DNA of 41,797 nucleotides from the IMG/VR virus record IMGVR_UViG_3300029437_000019, positions 1-41,797 of that record. The stretch is one strand, 5' to 3'. A model generated the notes under the pieces. The model did not search any database and was not told the DNA's origin. It saw nothing but the letters and a program-made list of their open reading frames with translations. Source of the stretch: a virus. Of this stretch, positions 7,050 to 13,502 are shown piece after piece. The position numbers and the translations under genes are program-made. Position 1 is the stretch's first letter, and every line of letters begins with the position of its first letter.

Positions 7050-7357
7050 GTGTTTTCCTCCATTTTCTCCAGCACCTCCCGCAGCTTGTCCTTCCCCGCT
7101 GCGGCAATCACTGCAACCGCCGTCTCATAGCTGATCTCCGGCGCATCCAGCCCCAGCAGCCATGCCACGGATACATTCAGCTCCTTTCCCACCGCCTTTG
7201 CAAGGCTCAGGCTCATCCTCGCCCGCCCCTGCTCCACATTGGCAATGGTTGACTGCTCGTAATAGCATCGAGCCGCCAGCCTGCTCTGGCCTAACCCCGC
7301 CGCCTTCCGCGCCGCAATCAGCCTTTTCGCAGATGTCATGTCCTCTGCTTTTTTCAT
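7046..7357 (-). CDS. XRE-family HTH transcriptional regulator
   Basis: ATG at 7357 sits 6 nt after AAGGAG. Sequence reads ..LGQSRLAARCYYEQSTIANVEQGRARMSLSLAKAVGKELNVSVAWLLG. Confidence 0.75.
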   Translation of the reverse strand: MKKAEDMTSAKRLIAARKAAGLGQSRLAARCYYEQSTIANVEQGRARMSLSLAKAVGKELNVSVAWLLGLDAPEISYETAVAVIAAAGKDKLREVLEKMEENT

Positions 7358-7534
7358 TCTTTCTCCTTTTGCACCACTTCGGCGGCGCAATTTCCTCTAT
7401 GCCCCGGCACCCCTCCGGGTACCGGCTCACCACCCGCCCGCGCACTCCGCGCAGGCCCTGACCCATGCAGCGCAGGAGGATCGCGCCCTTGTAGTCCGTT
7501 TCCTCTTCCGCCTGCGGGCAGACCGCGCAGTTGC

Positions 7535-7699
7535 CTATTTCTGCCGGCGGCATTTTTCCAGCTCCTCCTTCAGCCGCTCAATCTCCCGCGCCGCCGAGAG
7601 CATCAGGTTCAGTACGCCCCCGCAGCTTGGGTACCCCTCGCATTCGCTGCACCGCTTCGCCCCGGCGCACTCTATGAGCGTCCTCGCCAGATCGTCCAT
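7535..7699 (-). CDS. Small Cys-containing protein (54 aa, MDDLARTLIECAGAKRCSECEGYPSCGG...)
   Basis: The ATG at 7697-7699 overlaps the upstream stop (TGATG). Confidence 0.5.
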   Translation of the reverse strand: MDDLARTLIECAGAKRCSECEGYPSCGGVLNLMLSAAREIERLKEELEKCRRQK

Positions 7700-8016
7700 C
7701 ACAGCCACCCGACCTTCCGCATCACCAGCAGCGCCCCCGCAAATGGGAAAACCACCGTCCACCACGGCCCCGCCGTCACGCACACCGCCATCACGACCAC
7801 CAGCGCAATCACCATCAGAAATGCACCCAGCTCCCGCTTTTCCTTCCGTGCCTTCTCCCGCTTCGCCCGCTCTGCCCGCAGCGTCCGTTCCGCCCGCTGC
7901 GCCCGTTCTTCCGCTTCCTCTCGCGCGGCTCGGTTCCTCCGCTCATCCACGCGATACGCCAAACGGCGAAGCTCCAGATCCTCCGCTTCGCCGTTGTAAA
8001 GAATGATTTCCTGCAT
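7699..8016 (-). CDS. Membrane protein: charged coiled-coil N-terminus plus two hydrophobic segments
   Basis: ATG at 8016 sits 8 nt after AGGAGGG. Hydrophobic stretches are FLMVIALVVVMAVCVTAGPWW and VVFPFAGALLVM. Confidence 0.6.
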   Translation of the reverse strand: MQEIILYNGEAEDLELRRLAYRVDERRNRAAREEAEERAQRAERTLRAERAKREKARKEKRELGAFLMVIALVVVMAVCVTAGPWWTVVFPFAGALLVMRKVGWL

Positions 8017-8029
8017 TGTTAATGCCCTC

Positions 8030-8296
8030 CTATAGATAATTCTTCCCGTATTCCCGCCGGAAGTCGTCCGTGCTGGCCTCGTGCTCGTACATCCACTTGC
8101 GCTCTCCGTACTTCTTGAGTTCCAGCGCCGTCTCGGCGCATTGGTGCGCCGCCCGCGGGCCGTTGCGGTGGCAGGTGTCGCCGCACAGCAGCACCACCAG
8201 CCCGTCCCGCTCCGATTTGTCGCGGTTCGACCCGCCAAAGATGTGGTGGCGCTCCACCGCGCCCACCTTTCCGCATAACCAGCACTTTCCGTACAT
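8030..8296 (-). CDS. HNH/NinG-like Zn-binding nuclease-like protein
   Basis: ATG at 8296 follows AGGAGGAAA. Sequence reads CWLCGK..VERHHIFGGSNRDKSERDGLVVLLCGDTCH. Confidence 0.45.
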   Translation of the reverse strand: MYGKCWLCGKVGAVERHHIFGGSNRDKSERDGLVVLLCGDTCHRNGPRAAHQCAETALELKKYGERKWMYEHEASTDDFRREYGKNYL

Positions 8297-8307
8297 TGTC
8301 TTTCCTC

Positions 8308-8583
8308 CTATATCGCTCCCACCAGCCGCAGCAGGGCGTCCCGCCCCTCCTGCGTGCTGGTCAGCTTCACCGCCGCCGCAAGCTGCCGGATTTCCTTTGC
8401 CGTCAGCTTCTCCGGGTCCTTTTTGCGGTTGTAGTAAGTCATGCGGTTCATCCCGCATTTTTCTATCAGCATCTCCACGCTGATGTTCTCATACCTCCGC
8501 GCCGCCTCCAGTCGGCGGAAGAACTCCTCTCCCGCCTCCGCCTGTCGCATCGCCTCGGTTTTGCACCATGTCACCTTCGGCAT
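8308..8583 (-). CDS. HTH-like small regulator (candidate Cro-type)
   Basis: AAGGAGGG lies 8 nt upstream of the ATG at 8583. Sequence reads ..ISVEMLIEKCGMNRMTYYNRKK... Second gene of the early operon. Confidence 0.55.
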   Translation of the reverse strand: MPKVTWCKTEAMRQAEAGEEFFRRLEAARRYENISVEMLIEKCGMNRMTYYNRKKDPEKLTAKEIRQLAAAVKLTSTQEGRDALLRLVGAI

Positions 8584-8596
8584 TTTTTATCCCTCC

Positions 8597-8734
8597 TTAT
8601 GCACTCTGCTTCTTGATTTCCTGCGCGTCCGCCAGTGCCTCGCCGTAGGTCAGCAGGAATCGCCGCTCCAGGGGCGGCAGCTTCGCCGCCAGCTCGTAGA
8701 GCTTTTCCAGCGTGCTTTTCTTTTCCTCGGTCAT
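8597..8734 (-). CDS. Small protein (45 aa), first gene of the early operon
   Basis: ATG at 8734 is preceded by AAAGGAAG, inside ORF 8597-8860. Confidence 0.45.
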   Translation of the reverse strand: MTEEKKSTLEKLYELAAKLPPLERRFLLTYGEALADAQEIKKQSA

Positions 8735-8752
8735 TTCTCTCACTTCCTTTCG

Positions 8753-8782
8753 TTGACATTCCCTCCCGCCGCGTGCTATACT
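8753..8782 (+). promoter_or_regulatory. Sigma-70-type promoter
   Basis: TTGACA (8753-8758), 18-nt spacer, TATACT (8777-8782). The RBS AGGAGG and the ATG at 8804 follow. Confidence 0.6.
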
Positions 8783-8803
8783 CACGAAAAAGGAGGTTCT
8801 TCT

Positions 8804-9106
8804 ATGGATATGTTCTTTATTGGCCTTACCCTCTCGCTGGGCGCTGCCTGGGCAGTGCAAAGAGATACCTGCCGTCAGCGCGATCGACTCTCATTCTACG
8901 GCAACTGGTATCGCCTTTTTCGCGACATTTGCGACAATCCAAAGTATAAAGACTATAACATCCATCAGATTGATGCCCTCGGCGACCTTATAAGCTTTGG
9001 CCTTTACGACCCGCTCACAAAAAAGCAAAAAATTCGTCGTTCCATTCTTCCTGCTCTCTTCGTTTTATCAGCCATTGCCACTTTCCTCTATTTTGTCTTC
9101 ACCTGA
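8804..9106 (+). CDS. Small two-TM membrane protein (lysogeny-module cargo)
   Basis: 100 aa in a visibly AT-richer stretch. Hydrophobic N-terminus MDMFFIGLTLSLGAAWAV and C-terminus ILPALFVLSAIATFLYFVF. Confidence 0.65.
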   Translation: MDMFFIGLTLSLGAAWAVQRDTCRQRDRLSFYGNWYRLFRDICDNPKYKDYNIHQIDALGDLISFGLYDPLTKKQKIRRSILPALFVLSAIATFLYFVFT

Positions 9107-9113
9107 TTTTCCT

Positions 9114-9205
9114 TCGTTGTGATTTCTCTGTATCTCGTTGTGACTACAATACCACACATCGTGACTATTGTCAATAGTTTTTTAAAATAAATATTGACTT
9201 TGTGA
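9114..9205 (+). promoter_or_regulatory. Operator-like repeat array upstream of the repressor gene
   Basis: TCGTTGTGA at 9114-9122 and 9135-9143 (21 nt apart). TCGTGAC at 9159-9165. TTGTGA at 9200-9205. Palindrome CTATTG-T-CAATAG at 9165-9177. Confidence 0.45.
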
Positions 9206-9222
9206 TTTTTTTATCGTATTAT
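9194..9222 (+). promoter_or_regulatory. Sigma-70-type promoter of the repressor gene
   Basis: TTGACT (9194-9199), 17-nt spacer, TATTAT (9217-9222). Confidence 0.6.
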
Positions 9223-9246
9223 AAAAGCGCCACAGGAGGTGAGATA

Positions 9247-9624
9247 ATGCAAGAACGAATCCGTGAGCTTCGCAAGGCTCTAAATTTAACGCAAGCCGCA
9301 TTTGGTGAACGCATTGCCGTCAAGCCTAATACCATTACCAACTACGAAACCGGCCTCCGTATTCCTTCTGATTCTGTCATACGCTCCATCTGCCGCGAGT
9401 TCAACGTCTCCGAGCGCTGGCTTCGTGAGGGCGAGGGCGAGATGTTCCTCCCGCAGGACGATGCCGCCGAGCTGATGATGCTGGCCGGCCGCTTCCTCGG
9501 CTCTGAGCCGACCGAGTTTCAGCAGCGCTTTGCCCGCATGATTCTTTCCCTCCCGCCGGAGGGCTGGGAGCTTTTGGAGCGCAAAGCCCGCGAGCTCCTC
9601 GGCGAAACAAAAAAAGAGGACTGA
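9247..9624 (+). CDS. CI-like XRE-family repressor
   Basis: ATG at 9247 follows AGGAGGTG. N-terminal HTH reads LRKALNLTQAAFGERIAVKPNTITNYETG. 125 aa. Confidence 0.8.
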   Translation: MQERIRELRKALNLTQAAFGERIAVKPNTITNYETGLRIPSDSVIRSICREFNVSERWLREGEGEMFLPQDDAAELMMLAGRFLGSEPTEFQQRFARMILSLPPEGWELLERKARELLGETKKED

Positions 9625-9650
9625 CAGCACCCGCTGCCAGTCCTCTTTTT
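9616..9650. terminator. Hairpin plus T-run, shared by convergent genes
   Basis: GAGGACTG (9616-9623) pairs with CAGTCCTC (9638-9645), followed by TTTTT. An A-run precedes it, which would serve the opposite strand. Confidence 0.65.
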
Positions 9651-9658
9651 CGCGCTTT

Positions 9659-9772
9659 TCATTTTTCCTCCCCTCCCGCTGCAAGGAATGCCAGAATAAA
9701 CCAGTATAACCTCCTTAATTGCTCCTCCGTCCCCGTCTCGATCAGCCTCCGAATCTCTGCCGCATAGTTCAT
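9659..9772 (-). CDS. Unannotated small ORF (37 aa, MNYAAEIRRLIETGTEEQLRRLYWFILAFLAAGGEEK)
   Basis: Below the 60-aa ORF-track cutoff. The ATG at 9772 is preceded by GGAAGGAG. It ends at the shared terminator. Confidence 0.4.
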   Translation of the reverse strand: MNYAAEIRRLIETGTEEQLRRLYWFILAFLAAGGEEK

Positions 9773-9818
9773 CTTTCCGCTCCTTCCGACATTTTTGTAA
9801 TTTTAATTAAAATATTGC

Positions 9819-9847
9819 TTGACATTTTTCTTCCCGCACGGTAATAT
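9819..9847 (+). promoter_or_regulatory. Sigma-70-type promoter
   Basis: TTGACA (9819-9824), 17-nt spacer, TAATAT (9842-9847). Confidence 0.6.
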
Positions 9848-9860
9848 AAAAGTATCAAAT

Positions 9861-9878
9861 ATTGTACTTATGTACAAT
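9861..9878. promoter_or_regulatory. Operator-like palindrome ATTGTAC-TTAT-GTACAAT
   Basis: Read directly. It lies just downstream of the -10 at 9842-9847. Confidence 0.45.
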
Positions 9879-9907
9879 TACTATTGACTTGGAGGTGATG
9901 CCTTCCT

Positions 9908-10828
9908 ATGCCGCCATCTCCGAGGCTGCCGTTTCCTTTGCCTGATCAGCACGTCACAACGCTGAACATCGACGCGGATGCGGCCGGTGCCCGAATTTTA
10001 TATCCTTTTCTTCCGGAATATGTCGGCCTCCGGAACCCATATAACGGGGAGATCATCCGATCTTCTGACGATTATGAGCGTTATCTCCGAGAACATTGCT
10101 ACTATAACCGCTGCGCCCGTGAGTTTCACTCCATACGCATCCGTCTGGAGGACGCACTCGACGAAAATCTCCAGCTTTCAGTAACCGCCAGCAGAACGGA
10201 AAAGGTAATTGAGAAGAACAGAGAACTTCTTTCCAAAAATGAATCTCTCCGCAGAGAGAACCAACAGCTCAACACTCAGCAGGAAAAACTTCTCTCCTCA
10301 GTTTCTAAACAAAAGCGCGAACATCGTATTTTTGTAAGTATCATTGGTGTCCTTGCTTCTGTAATTGTCCTTCTTTCGGTCTTGCTTATCTGCGGTTCGT
10401 CCTCGCGTAGTTTCTCTTCTACTTCACCCGGTTCTTCTACTTCTTTCACTACTTCCACTTGCCGCTATATAGGAAATTCTAAAACAAAAACAATTCATGA
10501 GCGCACTTGTTCTCATCTTCCCTATAAAGAGTACCGTGTTGAATTTCAAAGTTTGGCAAAGCCCATCCTTGAAGGATATTCACGTTGTCAGTATTGCCTT
10601 GGCGGGAGCGGCCAGTCCGGCACTTCCGCTTCATCCGCTTCATCTACTTCTTCCATTAAACAGACCGAACCGGCAGAGCACCGCTATATTGGGAATAAAT
10701 CAAGTAAAAAGATTCATACCCCGGATTGCAGTTTTTTGCCAGATAAGAACAACCGCATCTATTTTGATGATCTTGACGAAGCGCTCGACAACGGCTACGA
10801 GCCTTGCAAGAAATGCCACCCGCGTTAA
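9908..10828 (+). CDS. Membrane-anchored protein with two C-terminal Ada-like ('sunset') Zn-binding domains
   Basis: 306 aa. Coiled-coil, then TM segment IFVSIIGVLASVIVLLSVLLICG, then Ser-rich linkers. Two copies of the YIGN..SKK.H...C..LP....R..F.....A...GY..C..C pattern. AT-richer than its flanks. Confidence 0.7.
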   Translation: MPPSPRLPFPLPDQHVTTLNIDADAAGARILYPFLPEYVGLRNPYNGEIIRSSDDYERYLREHCYYNRCAREFHSIRIRLEDALDENLQLSVTASRTEKVIEKNRELLSKNESLRRENQQLNTQQEKLLSSVSKQKREHRIFVSIIGVLASVIVLLSVLLICGSSSRSFSSTSPGSSTSFTTSTCRYIGNSKTKTIHERTCSHLPYKEYRVEFQSLAKPILEGYSRCQYCLGGSGQSGTSASSASSTSSIKQTEPAEHRYIGNKSSKKIHTPDCSFLPDKNNRIYFDDLDEALDNGYEPCKKCHPR

Positions 10829-11001
10829 TTCAGCAATCTTGTTTCCTCCCGCTGCCCCGTCCCCACGTCGGCCACGCAGGAGAACAGCAGCGGTGCACCC
10901 TCGATATAGTCCACCGAGAAGCTGTGCAGCCGTTTTAATTCCGCCCCGTCTATAATCACACGGACCTTTCCGTTTTCGGAAATAATGTGGATAGATTGCA
11001 T
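10825..11001 (-). CDS. Unannotated small ORF (58 aa, MQSIHIISENGKVRVIIDGAELKRLHSFSVDYIEG...)
   Basis: ATG at 11001 sits 6 nt after GGGGAGGG. Its stop overlaps the stop of the convergent 306-aa gene. Confidence 0.45.
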   Translation of the reverse strand: MQSIHIISENGKVRVIIDGAELKRLHSFSVDYIEGAPLLFSCVADVGTGQREETRLLN

Positions 11002-11234
11002 GGTGCGCCCTCCCCAATATTGTAGTTATTCTGTTTTGACGAGCCGTGCCGGTTGTACCAGAACCGACACGGCTCTATCGCAGATACCCGCAAATCACTT
11101 CGTCTGCTGCACCTCTATCGTAGCAGGAATGCCGGAGCTTGTCCACGCGCAGTTCTGCTTTTCCCGCGCAGCCGCTGCAAAAACAGCCTTCAGCCGCTGC
11201 GAATTCCGCACAAGCACGAAAGGAGCCGTGAGAA

Positions 11235-11840
11235 ATGACCGCATATCAGAAGCTGTACCCCAAATTTGAATCCTACCCCGAGGCCGTCCGTCAGGCAAAG
11301 CGTCTCAAGGGCCTCACCATCGACGCGCTGGTCGAATCGGCCGGCGTTTCCTATTCCTCCGTGTCCCGCCTCTGCGACGGCACGCAGCTCGATCCCAAGC
11401 TCTATAATTCCGTCGCCCTCTGCAAAGTCCTCGGTCTTTCCATGGACGAGATTTTCGGTCTATCCGCGTCCGAGGCCTGCGCCGAGGAATTGCAGGCGAA
11501 GCTCCACTCCGCCGAGCTGGGAAACGCCCACCTTGCCGAGGAAAACAAGCGTCTGCACGAGGTCAACCGCCTCCGCGCCGAGCAGCTTGCCGCCCGCGCC
11601 CCCGTTATCTATATTCTTCTCTTTGCCTGCGCGCTCCAGTCCTGCGCCTTGATCTTTTATCTGTTCGTCGATGCGCAGATCAAGGATGCCGGCCTCATCC
11701 GCTTCGGCGATATCGGCTTTGTTGCGTGGCTGCTGATCGGCCTGATTCTTGCGGCCATCGGCTCCTGCGTCTGGGCGACCATGCGCTTTGCCCGAAAATC
11801 CAGTAAAAGGAGCGCTGATCATGCACGTCCCCGAGCCTAA
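11235..11840 (+). CDS. Membrane-anchored XRE-type HTH regulator (HTH, coiled-coil, 2 TM)
   Basis: AAAGGAG precedes the ATG at 11235. HTH reads LKGLTIDALVESAGVSYSSVSRLCDG. TM segments are VIYILLFACALQSCALIFYLFV and IGFVAWLLIGLILAAIGSCVWA. Overlaps the int start by 20 nt. Confidence 0.7.
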   Translation: MTAYQKLYPKFESYPEAVRQAKRLKGLTIDALVESAGVSYSSVSRLCDGTQLDPKLYNSVALCKVLGLSMDEIFGLSASEACAEELQAKLHSAELGNAHLAEENKRLHEVNRLRAEQLAARAPVIYILLFACALQSCALIFYLFVDAQIKDAGLIRFGDIGFVAWLLIGLILAAIGSCVWATMRFARKSSKRSADHARPRA

Positions 11841-12849
11841 AAAAACGCCCTCCGGCTGGCGCATCCAGCTGCGCATCGGCGGCCAGTCCATCCCCGTCAC
11901 CGCCGATACGCCCAAGGAGTGCAAGCGTCAGGCCGCCCTCATCAAGGCCGAGGCGCAGGCCGCCGCAAAGCCCGTCAAAAAGTGCAGCCTCACCCTCTCT
12001 CAGGCCATCGACGCCTATATTGCCGAGCGCTGCAATATTCTTTCTCCCTCCACGCTTCGCGGCTACCGCATTATTCAAAAGCATCGTTTTTCCTCCACCA
12101 TGAACCGGCCGCTCTGCAAAATCAGCCCTTCCGAATGGCGCAGCATTCTCAACGATGAGCTTTCCGTCGCTTCCCGCAAGACAGTCAAGAACGGCTGGGG
12201 GCTTGTAAAGTCAGTATTAACCGCGCATGGCATTTCCGTTGATGATGGCATTCTGGTTTCCAATCCACGCAAAAGGCGTGATGCTAACTGGCTGGAGCCG
12301 GACGAGATCAAAAAGTTCGTCGCCGCCGCAGCCGACGACCCCCTCTGCGTCCCAATGCTCCTTGCCCTCATGTCCATGCGCATCTCCGAGATTGATGCGC
12401 TCCGCTGGGAAAACATCCCTCCACACTCCGAATTTATCAGCACCTCCGGCGCCCGTGTCCTTGATGAAAACAACGAATATGTTCTCAAGGCCGAGCAGAA
12501 GAATCTGGAATCTGACCGAACTGTCCCTCTGTTGATTCCCGAACTTCGCGCAGCCATCCGCAGAGACTGGAAGCCAGAAGGCAAGGTTCTCCCATGCAGT
12601 CAGGCAACGCTTCGCAACGCCGTCTCCCGTACCTGTGACCGCGCCGGTGTCCGGCGCGTCACCGTCCACCAGCTCCGTCATAGCTTCGCCTCCCTCTCCG
12701 CGCACCTTCGCATCCCCGCAGAGATCTCCATGGAGATCGGCGGCTGGAGTAACGACAAAATCATGAAAGAGATTTATACCCACATCGCCCGCTCCGACAT
12801 CGAGCGCTATAAAAACGAAATGTGGAAATTCTATAACTCTTCCGAGTAA
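11821..12849 (+). CDS. int: Tyrosine recombinase / phage integrase
   Basis: ATG at 11821 sits 8 nt after AAAGGAG. Catalytic pattern: ..MRISEIDALRW.., VHQLRHSFAS, GWSNDKIMKEIYTHI. attP lies immediately downstream. Confidence 0.9.
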   Translation: MHVPEPKKTPSGWRIQLRIGGQSIPVTADTPKECKRQAALIKAEAQAAAKPVKKCSLTLSQAIDAYIAERCNILSPSTLRGYRIIQKHRFSSTMNRPLCKISPSEWRSILNDELSVASRKTVKNGWGLVKSVLTAHGISVDDGILVSNPRKRRDANWLEPDEIKKFVAAAADDPLCVPMLLALMSMRISEIDALRWENIPPHSEFISTSGARVLDENNEYVLKAEQKNLESDRTVPLLIPELRAAIRRDWKPEGKVLPCSQATLRNAVSRTCDRAGVRRVTVHQLRHSFASLSAHLRIPAEISMEIGGWSNDKIMKEIYTHIARSDIERYKNEMWKFYNSSE

Positions 12850-12869
12850 ATGCTTATGAAAACGCTTAT
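12846..12869 (+). repeat. Arm-type repeat, copy 1 (GTAAATGCTTATGAAAACGCTTAT)
   Basis: 22/24 identical to 13077-13100. The two copies flank the tRNA-like core. Confidence 0.6.
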
Positions 12870-12915
12870 TCATTTTTCAAGCCATTGGAAACACTGGCTT
12901 TTTCACACATCCTCT

Positions 12916-12983
12916 GCGGGTTCGAATCCCTCATCCCCTGCCAATATTCAAAGCCTTGCAAACATTGAGTTTGCAAGGCTTTT
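12916..12983 (+). other. attP core: tRNA 3'-end fragment plus its terminator
   Basis: GCGGGTTCGAATCCCTCATCCCCTGCCA (12916-12943) reads as T-loop, 3' acceptor strand and CCA. No matching 5' half lies upstream. A perfect 14-bp hairpin follows. Confidence 0.65.
12950..12983 (+). terminator. Rho-independent terminator (tRNA-gene type)
   Basis: AAAGCCTTGCAAAC (12950-12963), loop ATTGA, GTTTGCAAGGCTTT (12969-12982), then a T-rich tail. Confidence 0.75.
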
Positions 12984-13076
12984 CCTTTATTTGCAACGGA
13001 TCGCGGGCTTTTGACTGTATAAAAACTTGGAATAAAGGTACTGTATAAAATACACAAATACCTCAAATCATGAACA

Positions 13077-13100
13077 GTAAATGCTTACGAAAATGCTTAT
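13077..13100 (+). repeat. Arm-type repeat, copy 2 (GTAAATGCTTACGAAAATGCTTAT)
   Basis: See 12846-12869. Confidence 0.6.
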
Positions 13101-13104
13101 GCCT

Positions 13105-13488
13105 TTACTCTCTCCCGATGCTCTCCAAGCACCGCCGGATCGCGTCTCTCGTCGCATCATCATCCGTGCCTTGCATCAGCTCCCGGAGCTGCTCTCTCAT
13201 TTCCCCGGTGCTGCGGCTGTAGTGGCCTCTGACATAGTGCATCCCGCGTCTGGCGTAGGAGCCTCCGCGTCCATAGCTTCCGCGCATATCTGCCTGCCAT
13301 TCGCCGTCTCGACTGTAGCCCTCGCGGCTATAGCCATCCGCAGAGCTTCCCTCGCGCATCATGATCTTGTCGATGTTCTTGATCGTGCTTGCCAGCTTGT
13401 GCAGCACGTCCAGATCGCCCGCGCTCAGATTCTCCTTTCGGGAATACCGTTCCAGTTCCTCGCAGAGCTTTTCTCTCAGTTCGTACAT
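13105..13488 (-). CDS. Gly/Tyr/Ser/Arg-rich protein, unknown function (cargo next to attP)
   Basis: 127 aa. GGGGGAAGGA precedes the ATG at 13488. The central stretch reads ..SSADGYSREGYSRDGEWQADMRGSYGRGGSYARRGMHYVRGHYSRS.. Confidence 0.65.
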   Translation of the reverse strand: MYELREKLCEELERYSRKENLSAGDLDVLHKLASTIKNIDKIMMREGSSADGYSREGYSRDGEWQADMRGSYGRGGSYARRGMHYVRGHYSRSTGEMREQLRELMQGTDDDATRDAIRRCLESIGRE

Positions 13489-13502
13489 TGTCCTTCCCCC
13501 TT

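Noticed and set aside
7125-7553. 142-aa - strand ORF bridging the gap upstream of the XRE regulator.
   Set aside because: I did not call it as a feature because its 3' 230 nt overlap the regulator gene in another frame. It is kept only as an open question in the findings.
9286-9684. 132-aa - strand ORF opposite the CI-like repressor gene.
   Set aside because: It is antisense to a clear HTH repressor with its own promoter and RBS, and it runs through the terminator hairpin. The shorter 37-aa ORF (9659-9772) has the RBS instead.
10700-11017. 105-aa - strand ORF from the ORF track.
   Set aside because: It overlaps the 3' end of the 306-aa gene by about 130 nt and has no RBS. The 58-aa ORF in another frame (10825-11001) has a strong GGGGAGGG RBS and ends exactly at the convergent stop.
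12868-12943. Possible complete tRNA gene.
   Set aside because: Only the T-loop, 3' acceptor strand and CCA are present. The upstream sequence cannot form the 5' acceptor strand (AGGGGAT is absent) or the D and anticodon arms. One T-stem position is also mismatched. It is an attP fragment.
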